A stretch of 53,402 nt of DNA, counting the filler, from Sluysia triapertura (taxonomy: Eukaryota): NCBI GenBank assembly GCA_046118255.1. It is 4 parts of 4 records of this genome, joined end to end, with 100 filler letters (N's around TTAATTAATTAA, not from the genome) between each part and the next. Parts side by side here need not be neighbours in the genome. Positions count along the whole stretch, not along the records: positions 23,905 to 37,287 come from JBJNIA010043240.1; 3 more parts are not named here. The stretch is one strand, 5' to 3'. The position numbers were made by a program, and so were the translations under genes. Position 1 is the first letter of the stretch; every line of letters begins with the position of its first letter. The notes under the pieces were generated by a model that had not been told where the DNA came from, searched no databases, and saw only the letters and a list, made by a program, of their open reading frames with translations. Shown here in pieces: positions 25,561 to 37,387 of the stretch.

Positions 25561-26723
25561 TAACAATGCTTGAAAATAGTAAAAGTTACGAAATTATTTA
25601 ATTTAAAAAAAAGACTCAACGTTTTAAGATGATAGTTACGACCTTAAATATTGTATTTATTTTCTAATTGGTCAGTCTCTTAGTTATTTAATAAAATCAC
25701 CATTTAATTTGAATACAAATAATAATACTTATTATTATAATTATAATGGTTTCTAAAAGTGTTTTACATCGTTTTTGGAGAACTGAAATTCGTAACAGAT
25801 ATTTACAAAACATTTTACAAACAAAACAAATAAACAACAAAATAAGCATATAAATATCATTATGACAGAAAAATTAAGATTTAACATTGGAAACAACCTC
25901 AACTACAATCGAATTCGCATCAAAGTAAAATGTGATCAAATTAACAATTTATTATTTTTATTTAATTTAATCGATAAAATCAAAATTTTGATCATTAAAA
26001 TATGTACCACCGGAAACGAAGCAAAATAAAAACATTAAAGTAAAAGTCTTACAAGAATAATTCATTATCATTTTAATTATTCAGTATCAAAAGGTGACAT
26101 TAAATTTCATATAATTCCTCTGAATTAAGTCATCTATCTGTTAAATACTCATAATTATATGGTAATAAAGTGCAACAAACCAAACCATATCCATTATTAT
26201 GACCATGATCAACCTTTAAGAATAATTCCTAAGCTTACATAGCTATTATTTACAATATGAATTAAAACTACGCTTGCAGTTGTTTTTCATAAACTAAAAG
26301 ATTCTTTTTAATAATTAGTTGAATAATACAACATATTCAACACATGAAAATATAGAAAATCAAAGATGAATTTAAATTGTGATGCCACGAAATTGTATCA
26401 TTTAATTAATTTTAAAAATTATTTTCATCACATTACTGACATCTGTCAATAGTAACTATAATTTATTAAAATTGATTTTATTAGTATTTTCTATAAGTAA
26501 ATTAATAATAGTAACAATAATAATAGAGATATCTATGTTCTTAAAAGAAGTTTCTTCAAGTTAAGTCTATAAATAACATCGATAAAAATAAGAACAATGG
26601 TACGCATTAAATAAGGGGCTTCATTCGCGACTGCTTTTAACGTTTAAAGTAAATAACTAATAAAATGTACAATAAAATGTCTTATCCACTATTAAATCGT
26701 TAAAGTATAATTTGAACTGTTTA

Positions 26724-26980
26724 TTAGGTCTTGACGAATCTCTGATCTGCAACATTTCCGTCACTAGCATATGCAGAACCGATATTTACCGACTATTTAT
26801 TTAGAGCATCATATATTACTATATGTTTCTTTTTATTTAATTCAAAGACAGTTGTAATAATTGCTAATACAATTGATTCTTTTGCTATACTTATTATTGG
26901 CCATACTGCTGCTATTCTTCCTTTAGCACGTAACGTAAAAGTCATTGTATTTGATGCAATTTCCAAATAAAAATAAATTT
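26724..26980 (-). pseudogene. Basigin/neuroplastin-like transmembrane and cytoplasmic exon, with a stop in the tail
   Basis: TLRAKGRIAAVWPIISIAKESIVLAIITTVFELNKKK aligns without gaps to basigin [35 protein letters not shown] including the intramembrane Glu; TAG interrupts a tail ending DQRFVKT*. Confidence 0.75.
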
Positions 26981-28196
26981 CTATATAAATTTAATAATCA
27001 TTATTATTAAAATGTGTCAATGAATACAACTGTGATAGGAACGATATGAATAAGTTTCATCATTAATAAAGTAACATCAAAATCCTACAGCGATAGCATA
27101 ATACGTTTTCATCAATTTTTCTTACAATCAACAAATAAGCAAAAAAATTATCGAACAAAAACAGACAGAGAGTGGATCCGACGTCATCATCAAAATCAAT
27201 CAACAATATCATCAAAATCAATATCAATCAAGTTGAAATACAAAACAAATTCTTTTCTTTATTAAGAATACCAGAGAGTCTTTCAAATGTGTTTGAGTAT
27301 TTATTTTATAGTGGAAATTAACACTCTATATATAAAATTATTACTAAAAAGGTCATCATTTTTATTTATCAGTCAAGGTTATTCAGTGTTTCATTTTTCT
27401 CTTTACATACATTATTAATTAGGTTTACAATCGCTCTTAATCGTAAGATTCAACATAATCTCTTTCTCTTCTAAATATGTTGGATCTTATAAGTCGTGAA
27501 CAGTAAAATAGAATGAGATAACCTATTCCTAAAAGAAATCCAATGCTAGAATTTCAACAGTCCTTAAGAAATTATACATTTATAATTATAATAGAGATTT
27601 TTACTGCATCGACCAAGACCTAGAAAATATCTTTATCTTCTAGGAAAAACCTATAAAACCTTTGGATTTTATTGTGCTGGCCACGATGTAAGATCGTTGC
27701 TACATCAAATATTTTTGTTATCGGCGCTCTTAACGAAAAAACTGGTAGGAATTCGGCACAGTTCCATGAATCCCTATGATCCCGTTTGAGTAAGCTCAAG
27801 AGTAAGACACTAGGTGGCACTTCATCATTGAAACCAATAATAAAACTAAACATTATACACTAAATTTAACATCTTTATATAATGAGCAAACATTTCTATT
27901 GAGTTATTAAATCAAATAAATTTTAATTAAGTTAAGTAACAAATGTACTTTAATGTTTTAACAAATCAAACCTTTTACAGGGTTATTTTTTCGTATCTCT
28001 CATTATTTTATTTCGATTCAAATATTTTCTATGGTTATCTTACTAATGCAGTTCATCATAATGCCTTGTCTTAGTTCTTTAATAATGTTGAACCTATTCT
28101 GTCATCCTTAGTTTTGACCCTTACATCTACCATTATCTTCACCAATCCCAACAAATCTAAAAAAATAATGAATGTAAAAAATATTTTATTTTTATA

Positions 28197-28247
28197 TCGG
28201 TGCCCCTGGCATTTACCAGTCTTGCCCGCGCCTTTATCCGGCTCTGC
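28197..28247 (-). mobile_element. GC-rich terminal remnant of a non-autonomous hAT-like transposon
   Basis: Reverse complement CAGAGCCGGATAAAGGCGCGGGCAAGACTGGTAAATGCCAGGGGCACC resembles CAGGGCCGGA-type TIR ends. Confidence 0.5.
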
Positions 28248-28961
28248 GTACGTTTAAATCTTATTCAAATAATTAATTTGTAATTTTTTTTCATTTGATA
28301 TTATTATTTAAAATAATAATTATTTATTATTATTTAAAATAATAATTTATAAAATAAATTATAAATCCTGTCAATTAATATAAAAGTAACAATTGCTGAT
28401 ACAGAAAAAAAATTCCCAATTCCATCATTTTTTTTGTGCATTTACTTTTAATTAAGATAATATGGATAATAGATGGTAAAGTTTTTATTATCATTTCAAA
28501 CAATAGTCGTTTTTATTAGTTAGAATAACTATCACTTTAAGTCAAAATAATGAAAATAATAGTGGCTAAATATTTTTAAGTATTCATAATTGAGTATTCA
28601 ACTCGATAAGAAAAGGTATTACTAAATCATTATAAATATATAGTTATAATTTTTATTTTTGTTCTAATTGGTTAACAAAAATTTTATAGTTATGAAAATT
28701 ATTCGTAAAATTAAAAAATTTATTTTAACTGTAATATAATACAGTAATAAATATAATATAAATGAAATATTTAAAAATATTATAATATAATATAATAAGT
28801 GGAAAATTAATTTTAGTTAAAAATGAGGTTATATATTCTATTTATAAAATGATTCGATTTAATTAATTTACAAAATTTATCATGGTACAACAAACTAATT
28901 GTTTGGCTCTCTTTAAATGTTCTAAAGTAAATAGATTCCGAAAATAAATATCATTACTTAG

Positions 28962-29194
28962 GATTCTCTCTCATTACAAAATTTTATCAATGACATTGAT
29001 TTAAGCATCGTTGAAAGTATACAATATCATTATAAAGTTATGGAGGACACTATGAAAATTATTTTTATGCTTGCATCAATTACTAATATATACTTTATTA
29101 TGATTCCATTAAACTACTATATAGCACCACATTATGGATTAGTTTCAATATGGACAATTGTTATTTCTGATTTCGTGCCTATTATTGCAAAACA
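28962..29194 (+). CDS. Glucose-6-phosphatase (G6PC/PAP2)-like gene, exon A
   Basis: After TTAG: DSLSLQNFINDIDLSIVESIQYHY...NIYFIMIPLNYYIAPHYGLVSIWTIVISDFVPIIAK aligns with the G6PC N-terminus (...LWVAVIGDWLNLVFK); phase-2 GT donor right after the Lys, as in vertebrate intron 1. Confidence 0.75.
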
Positions 29195-29307
29195 GTTAGA
29201 GTTATTAAATGATTTACTTTATTAATGTAAACAAAAAATTATATAAGATCAATTTACAATTAGAATTGCTTATATTTGTTAGATTAAATTTGTAAATTTA
29301 TGTGTAG

Positions 29308-29487
29308 TTATCTTTCATTTCTTGGTCATCGTCCTTATTGGTGGGCAATAAAAACACACAGTAATGAAACATTGGTACATTTTGATATGACTTGTCAAAC
29401 CACTCCAGGATTTTTATCAAATCGAATTACTGTTACTACTGCTGGTTTATTTATTTTGTTGGCCTTTTTTTACAGCAGACTAAAAAG
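29308..29487 (+). CDS. Glucose-6-phosphatase-like gene, exon B (catalytic motif degenerate)
   Basis: GHRPYWW...FDMTCQTTPGFLSNR versus G6PC GQRPYWW...FPVTCETGPGSPSGH; ends at AG|GTAAGT; acceptor position uncertain. Confidence 0.8.
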
Positions 29488-30267
29488 GTAAGTTTAGTAT
29501 GTATACATGGAAAATATAAACAAGTAATTATTACTATAATTGGTGCAAATTCGCAAATATTATTGAAAAATCTATGCGCATTTTATTTTCATGTTAATAT
29601 ATTTTTATTAATTTACAGTTGTATTTTTATATAATTTTAAACTTAATTTAAGCAATACACGTGATTCATTTTAAAAAGATTATTGCGTTTTAAAAACTAC
29701 CTTTATAAGATAACTAAATAAAAATCTTTACCTTGCATATACATGAAAATGTAACATTAAAAACAAGAGTAATAATGTAAAGAAAATAATTGTTAAAATA
29801 AATATTTAATAAAGAATGAATTGTGGTGTGAACTCCTGATACCAATTTAGTTTATAACTTTTATTTTAACTTCTGTGTTTTTGAATTTTTCTAATGACTA
29901 TTTATATTCAAAGATGATTAGCTTAATTTATTCCACTAGATCACGATTATGAATCAGAGAATAGTTAATGTGTGTAAATTTATTCGATAAAATAACGTCG
30001 TTTTGCAAATATGCCGACTTTTTATTTTATGTAGACTAATAATTTTAACACTAATAATAATAGTGATAGTTATTAAACTTTATATTTTAAGTTATTATTT
30101 ACAATTAAATTAAATAAATATTATATTTATCCACAATTAAATAAATGTCATATTTTTTAATATAGATATTAGATATAAATAGAATAAATAATTTAATAGT
30201 ATTTACATAAATATTATATTTTTAATATGCATATAAATAGAATAAGAATAAATAATATCTACAAAAA

Positions 30268-30399
30268 GATTATGAAATATTTAAGAAAAAGGTAAAGTTC
30301 TTTCTGTTTCGGAAATATCGTGGTGAATGATTTACTTTAAGCGCTTTTGAGTACTTACGCAGCAGATATGAGCGCAATATAAATTAATGTATTATTATT
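30268..30399 (+). mobile_element. 5'-truncated LINE 3' end (same family as 24450-25560)
   Basis: ATTATGAAATATTT...TTTCTGTTTC...ATGATTTAC...GCTTTTGAGTA...AGATATGAGCGCAATATAAATTAAT is highly similar to the reverse complement of 24465-24585; followed by ATT repeats. Confidence 0.85.
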
Positions 30400-30789
30400 G
30401 TATTTGAGTACAGAGAATTGAATTTTCATTTATTTTATCTATTAACACTCCTAAACAACGCATCATTTTTCAAATTTTTATAAAATTTTAATAAATAGAT
30501 AAACTTTTTTGCTTCTTCCGCTAGTCTACAAAGGGTCAGCGCTTTACGTGTTAATTTTAGTAAGTTAGAGACTAATTATAAACTGAATTGTTTGATACAA
30601 TCTGACATAATTAATCGTAATATTTCAGAGTCAACTGAACTAGTAAAGTTACATCACAAAGTTAAATATACTTTAAAGTAAAATACAAGATACGATATTT
30701 AGACTAATAAAATAATATTATTTTTATTGATTTTATTATTATTACTATTACTTTTAAATTTTAATTTATTATTATTGAATATTTTGCAG

Positions 30790-30841
30790 ACAGTCAAAGC
30801 TCTAGATTATTTGAAAATGGAACTAAAGGTTATACACCGAG
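30790..30841 (+). CDS. MAP2K4: Internal exon of a MAP kinase kinase, MKK4-like (kinase subdomain VIa-VIb)
   Basis: TTTTGCAG acceptor and GTAAGT donor; encodes TVKALDYLKMELKVIHR(D), compared with MKK4 TVKALNHLKENLKIIHRD; 52 nt, phase 0 to 1. Confidence 0.88.
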
Positions 30842-32014
30842 GTAAGTTAGTATTAAATATAATAGATCCATTTTATATTCTATTTCAATAAATATAAGAT
30901 ATCTGAAGTTATCTTTTTAGCTAAACACCATTAATATAATTTTATATAATTATTTTTGGTTATTATGCAGATTAAAAGTCGTTTAATTAATCACTCAGTG
31001 GGAAAATTTTTATCGACTAATCCGAATCCCATTATTAAAGAAATATACAATCTTGCATACATGTGACATGATAAATAATTAGTCATTTTTTTATTTTCTC
31101 GACATGGACTTCTACATAATTACTACAAAACATTGCACTTTATGTCTATTTTGTTATTTGGGATTATCCTCTAAGAAATTTATGTTAAATAATAAAATTT
31201 CTAAACCGATTCACATTCCGATAAAACTTATATCTTATTTTGTTTCTGTTGATGATTTGTTTACAATTAAATACAAACAAGATAAACAGTTAAAAAAACA
31301 AAATTTATTTACGCTTTACAACTATTTCTGTAATTTATGTTAACTTTAGACAATTTTCAATCAATAAAAACGTCTTCGGCAACTAATAATCAAAATAATC
31401 TTATGCAATTTAAGAATAATCGTTATCAATAATTAATAACAATGTTTTTATCGTATTTTGTATTTACTACAATTTAGTCATTTGATTTTCTAGTTTCTAC
31501 AGCTATTTTAGTTTTTTTCCCTGTAATTCTCTTATATTATATGTTTTAATATATGGTATTTACTTTATATTTTTGTGATTTTATATTAGTTTATTTAGTT
31601 CTGACATATCTCTGATCGTGCAGTTTATTTACATCCACTTTGTATTAACTTGTATTTGTTGTGTATATTAGTGTTAATTTTTTATTTCTATTTCATTAAT
31701 ATTTCATATTTCCTCTGTGATTCATGATTGTTCTTTGTGATAATTAAGTGCGATACATTTTCAGTTACATCTCGTTTTCTTTTATTGACATTCTAAGGCC
31801 TTATTCTTATTTATAAACTCGTCAGAGTTGAAAGGATGTGATAAAGCATGTTCAAGTAAATTCAGTTTTCTGTTTATATTTGATATATTATTTTATTATA
31901 TATTTCAAAGAGATAAAAATATTAAATGTCCATTATCGAATAATAAAATAAAACTGTCTATAAGTTCGAATAATTAAAAATTAATATTGGGATTTTTTGA
32001 TTCATCGAGGAATA

Positions 32015-32200
32015 AGATGGATAAATTATCGGAAGGAGGGAAGACTTAGGTTCATTAACTCTTTCGAAAAACTCGATCAATATGGTTTTGATGTGTAATT
32101 CAAACTTCACAAGATACCAAAAGTCTGTTATAAATGATGCAACTGCACGTGTTGTGGAAATTTATAAAATAATTTCAAAAATAAATCGGTACAAAATGGT
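32015..32200 (+). mobile_element. Possible Tc1-like transposase N-terminal remnant
   Basis: MDKLSEGGK...KLHKIPKSVI HTH-like fragments across frameshifts. Confidence 0.25.
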
Positions 32201-32789
32201 TAATGTTTGGATTAATCGGTTTTTGAGAGAGAAAAAGAGTTGAAAGTGTTATTTGAAATTAAAATAATTTACGATATGAACCATTAGAGACTTATCGTGC
32301 ATTTGTGATCGAACATGTAGTCATATCTATTAATTTCACTCTAAAATGAAAGAAAAAACGAAAATAAACAAAACAAATTTTCAAAAAAGTAAAACAACGT
32401 CGTAACTATTATAATCTCCAGGCAAAGTTATTGCATGCTTACAGATTCGATTTCGATAAATATATTGAATAAAGAATTGAATATATTTATAGCACAAAAA
32501 TTACGTCAATATTAAGATGATCGCGTATGTAAGTTGCTCTTCATTAAAATTAATGATGTCACTATGTGTTCACATCTGTTTCGGCCTAAATGCAAATCTT
32601 CATGATTGTCACTTTAACATATTATGGGTTTTTTGTGGATTTAATATCAAATTATTAAAAAATTTGGTGGTTAGAATGCCGATTAAACTTTAATCTTTTA
32701 ATTGAAATCATCATTTAAAGTTTTAATTGTATTAAGGCCTCGCGTTCCAAGATGAATTTTGTAACACAGAAAATAAAATAATGAAGTTA

Positions 32790-34190
32790 AGGTGTTGGCT
32801 CATTGCATCAGTTTTCCCTGAGACGCGGATGCAAATGACACATTTTGTTTATGCCTTAAAAGGTGCGCGCTTAATTTATGGTCATGATCTTTAAGTAGAA
32901 CTGGTTCTATCAATATTGTTGTGGTTTCATTCATTCTGTTATATTGTTGGTTATAGGTTGTTAAATATATATACAAGTTTAATAGATAATTGAATAGCTT
33001 ATACTCTAAGTAGATTCTTTGATCTGTAATCATCCTTTTAGGTACACCAAATCTTGAAATCCAGTGTGTAATTGAAATTCTATATCTGGTCTCCATGGAT
33101 ACGGATCTTATAGAAAACGACTGTCAGTTTGTAATCGTAAGAATCCTTTGAATTCGGAAGATGAACGACATTATTTATGTATATTGTTTCGAATAATTGG
33201 CTAGTAGAAAAATGGAGGGTTTCTGGTTTGCTATGTTTCACGATCTTTACAGATTGTAAAGTTAAACAGGCTTTGCACTATTGTTTAACGTCTTTGTGCA
33301 TGAAAGGCCATACAACTTTGGAATGCTAAAGTTTACAGGTAGCTCTTGCTCTTAATGAGTTATATTATGCACATGTTCGAAAGCCTTTATGCGCACATTT
33401 GGTCCTTAAACTGGGATAATGATCAAACTCGCGGAGCATAGAGTTATGCAGATATTTTGACCTGAAGGAGAACTCTGTTGAAGTTAATCAATTGTGAACA
33501 TAGGTAGGATTTCTGTACTTCTGATAATGTATAGCACATTTTCTTGTCCTGAGATGTGTTCAATGTCGAAATTGAAATAGGCAAGCTATTTACTGTGCCG
33601 TTGAAGGATTTGTCAGTGAAAATATAGACCGTTCATAGAGTAAACTTTGCTTGAATGAGTAAATAATCAGTGTTTGACTGATAAATATGTCGCCAGAAGT
33701 TCGTGAGCAAATGTTGCATATCACGTTTTAACTTGTGTAAGTAAAATTCGATTGCTATAGAGAAAATGTTCTGTTTTTGCACTGGTGCTGCGTCATTTGT
33801 TGTGCTTGAATAAATGTTTGGCAAAGGGAAGACCAAACTCTGCATGCTGATATGATACCCTTAACCTATGGAAAAGCTGATAGAAGTGTTAGCCCATTTT
33901 ATGATTTGTATTTTACGGCGGAAATTGACCAGGCCTAGGAAAATTCGCATTTGGTTGAGGGAAGTATTGTGGTTATAATCTTATCATTTAAGGGTTTAAG
34001 ATTACTGTTGTTATTTTTGTTACACATATCATTACAACGGGCTTGATCTACGTAAAATCTACAGTTACGACAAAATCGGTGCTTAAGGCACTCGAAAATT
34101 TCTTTATAAAGAACGTGCGAAAATTTTATTATACACAAATAAAAAGAGGTTGATAAAAATTGTTGACACACTAAAAAAATTAACAACTAT
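32790..34190 (-). mobile_element. Heavily deleted Gypsy gag-pol remnant (RT, RNase H and integrase pieces)
   Basis: WISRFGVPKRMITDQ (integrase core), KVVWPFMHKDVKQ*CKAC (integrase Zn finger), VYIFTD (RNase H), GYH (RT), Cys-rich gag-like end. Confidence 0.8.
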
Positions 34191-34199
34191 AATAGTACA

Positions 34200-34890
34200 A
34201 GACTTACATTCACTATCAATCGCGAGACTGTCGAATATCACTGCACAACTTACACCTTTCCAAGATTTCGAACAGCACAAATTATGTCAGTAGGTTCAAA
34301 CATGATAGAAAATTCATACCAAAGGTAAACAATAATGTAGATGCAATTGATTTTAAAATTATTTAAAATTTTATACCGATCTCGACATTTTCGTATATAC
34401 GCGTTATAACTATCGATTTTGCCTAAACCTATAACTTTAAAGTCATCCACATTTTTGAATTCATAATAAAAATTCACATACGCACGACAAGACATAAAAA
34501 TAAAAGAACCATTCCAAAAATCTAGTTTAACGTGAAGATTCAACAGTCATACACCATGCACTCAATATGAACGACACAAACAAACATACCTGGGTGCAAA
34601 TCATATGTTGATTTCAAAATAAAAATCAAATTCGAATCAAAAATCGAGCAAAATTTTGCACTATGGACTCTTAAGTCTACAAACTCGCTCTCGACACCAA
34701 GCAAACAATGTTCCTGTCTAAGTCGGTTGTTGGTAGGAAAATCGATTACAAAATTTAAATAAATAATCTTATGCCTTCGATGAACTTTACAAACTACGTA
34801 GTATAAACTTCTCTTTAGAGCAGGAATATTATTGCTCGGTACTAAGTGTTGAATTAACTTCAAGTTTATATTAATCACATGCAGCAAATG
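34200..34890 (+). mobile_element. Decayed CR1-like LINE RT fragment
   Basis: VITIDFA*TYNFKVIH resembles DF.KAFD.V.H; SYVDFKI resembles YADD.KI; C/A-rich sense strand. Confidence 0.5.
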
Positions 34891-35559
34891 ACTAATAAAG
34901 AATTGTTAAATTTTGGTTAGGATTCTCAGTGCTTGTTTGTTTTAAATAATTAATTATTTTGAAATTTGATTAAAGAAACCTTTTGAAAGTAAAATACATG
35001 TAATACTTGTAATAATTAATTCTATAATGTGTATACAAATTAAGTATAAATTAATTTAACAACTTTGTTATTGGTGTGATTATTTGCAAATGATACTTGG
35101 AATTGTAATTTGCATGTACAAAAACTTCTGCATACATGAATACATAAAACAAAACAAGTTTTAATATGTAATAATTTACTATCATAAAAATTTTGAAAGA
35201 TAAATAAATTTTTATTTTTACTATGTTATTGTTATTTATTTATTATTATTATTATTATTATGTCCTTTTTCATGATTTTTTATTATATTTTTCCGCTTCA
35301 ATAATGCTGATCGGTTTTCTAAACATGATATAATTTTGTGTCTTAATGAATAAGCTTAATGAAAAGCTTCAAATAAATTATGCAAAATCGAAATTTAAGA
35401 AATCAACAAATGAACTATAATGAACGTATAAATTTTTTATGCCAATCGATAAAGAAATAATTGAAGAAATTTATGTATTCTTTAGTATTGCATTATGTGT
35501 GAAATATCAGTAAATAAATAAGGTTAATATGGATGGAAGTAATAGTGGAGTATTACATA

Positions 35560-35700
35560 TTGATTATAAACATGAAGCTCAAGTTTGAAAACGAAGCTTT
35601 CTTATAATGGATTTTTTGAATTTTATAGAATTTTACCACAAAATGATGATGAGGCAGATTTAGAAGATTTGCAGTGTAGTGGACAACCTTTATAACTATT
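35560..35700 (+). mobile_element. Mariner/Tc1 transposase remnant
   Basis: DDEADLEDLQCSGQP resembles the LED.PRSGRP linker. Confidence 0.4.
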
Positions 35701-35759
35701 AGAAATTTAAAATTTTAAAAAGAAAAACTAATTAAACCTTCAACACCCCAATATTTACA

Positions 35760-36260
35760 CATTCACAAAATAGTTCAATTCCTTAATTCTAATATTCACA
35801 AACTCATAATATATAAACTACAATCACATTTAATACCATTAATTTACACCAACAAATTTATCTAAAACATATAAATTGTCTACTTTACACCTTCGAATCA
35901 ATTACAACATCTTAAATTCACTATTCGTCTATGCATAATCACCAATAACACAATACAACACCATCAAAAACACCAAACAATCAAATCACATAAAACATTG
36001 TAAATATTTTAAATGTTGTAGTTGCCTTTTTAGATTTACTAAATTACAATCTTCTCAATAAGTTTTTTATCCACGATCTTTCAATGCTTATATCTCGTTT
36101 TCAATTATAAACTTTAATCACCATCTAAGAACTCATTCTAACATACTCTATTTCATTTCACGACTTAAATCAATTATTATATCTTGAAACGTTAACTACA
36201 CTTATCAATTCATTTAAAGCAATTCAACTCAAAAACTTTAGTTCCAAACACATTTTAAAT
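35760..36260 (+). mobile_element. Decayed CR1-like LINE 3' region
   Basis: C/A-rich strand bias and an RFTK-like fragment; highly degenerate. Confidence 0.35.
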
Positions 36261-36618
36261 TTATTGCAATATGTTAGAAATCTTTAAGAATTAAAGGAAA
36301 CTCGTGTACGGTTTTAAAGAATTCAATTTTATGCAAGGCAATAACAACAATAACTTGAACATCGTGTATCTTATTTTTGTTATTGCATTCAATGTTACCA
36401 ATTTTTTATTTCATTTTTATTTATGATATGTAAAGAATAAAAGACTGCGAAAGTAAGTTCGTATAAAATTAATAAAAGAAATTATGTATTTTTACAATTT
36501 TTTCTTATATTATTACTATTATTATTACTAATTTTATTATTATACTTATTATTATTATTATTATTATTATAAACATTTTAATTTTTACAAAATAAAATCA
36601 TCTAACAATCAGCAAATT

Positions 36619-36755
36619 ACCACCATTCATACTAACAAAGTTAATCACTATGCCCATATGAATGTCAGCATGAATGGTGGTTTGTCTCTAGTGATCATCC
36701 AACCAGAGTGAAAATAAATTTTAACTATCATTATAAACCTCTGGTTGGATAACCA
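36619..36755 (-). other. Two adjacent long hairpins (candidate structured RNA or miRNA-like cluster)
   Basis: Arms 36619-36637/36663-36681 (19 bp) and 36692-36708/36739-36755 (17 bp); two mismatches each, all G-U on the minus strand. Confidence 0.6.
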
Positions 36756-36792
36756 ATCATGTCTGGAATTTAAAAAGAATTATAATAATTAA

Positions 36793-37209
36793 ATGATACT
36801 GTTAAAAGTACAACTAAAAATAGTTTGGACTCACACTCATTTAATATTTATCGTTTTACGTTTACTAATTGTAATAATTTTTGTAATTGAAATGATCCAA
36901 CCTAAATATGGAAATCAGTTATTGAAACCTAAGTCAAAAGTGGTATTAACAAATTACTCATACCTAACTAATAATGAATTATTGTCTTATACTCCTAGTT
37001 CATTTCAGGCAAGTGATTACGATATTTTTGATGAAAAAACACCATTTAAAAAGTATATAACATTAAAGTTATCAATGATATCTTATCTGGACAAAATTGA
37101 TGCAATTATGATCGAATCGACATTAATAAATGAAATCCGACGACAACCGAAGATTATTTATGAAAGCATCGCTGTTAATTCGTCATACTCATTTCAGAGT
37201 TATGTATAA
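36793..37209 (+). CDS. Hypothetical protein or exon with an N-terminal hydrophobic segment
   Basis: Longest ORF in the window (138 aa), unusual at this AT content; no family recognised; near a contig end. Confidence 0.4.
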   Translation: MILLKVQLKIVWTHTHLIFIVLRLLIVIIFVIEMIQPKYGNQLLKPKSKVVLTNYSYLTNNELLSYTPSSFQASDYDIFDEKTPFKKYITLKLSMISYLDKIDAIMIESTLINEIRRQPKIIYESIAVNSSYSFQSYV

Positions 37210-37287
37210 TCCTATGTTATAGTTCAAAATTTTCAATAGTATTGAACAAAATTAAATCAACAAATACAATTAACGATAGATCACAAA

Positions 37288-37387
37288 NNNNNNNNNNNNN
37301 NNNNNNNNNNNNNNNNNNNNNNNNNNNNNNNTTAATTAATTAANNNNNNNNNNNNNNNNNNNNNNNNNNNNNNNNNNNNNNNNNNNN
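37288..37387. other. Artificial scaffold spacer
   Basis: N44-TTAATTAATTAA-N44. Confidence 0.97.

Noticed and set aside
19339-26980. Alternative genetic code (TAA/TAG read-through) explaining single in-frame stops
   Set aside because: The intact spliced exons contain no in-frame TAA or TAG, and the decayed regions also show frameshifts and TGA stops
27620-27853. Ig-domain exon of the basigin-like gene
   Set aside because: Position and strand fit, but the Ig Cys/Trp pattern is not convincing
29300-29491. GPCR transmembrane fragment
   Set aside because: RPYWW and TCxTxPG plus the upstream exon fit glucose-6-phosphatase much better
34250-34887. Minus-strand ORFs of 97 and 115 aa as genes
   Set aside because: They are antisense shadows of a C/A-rich plus-strand LINE remnant
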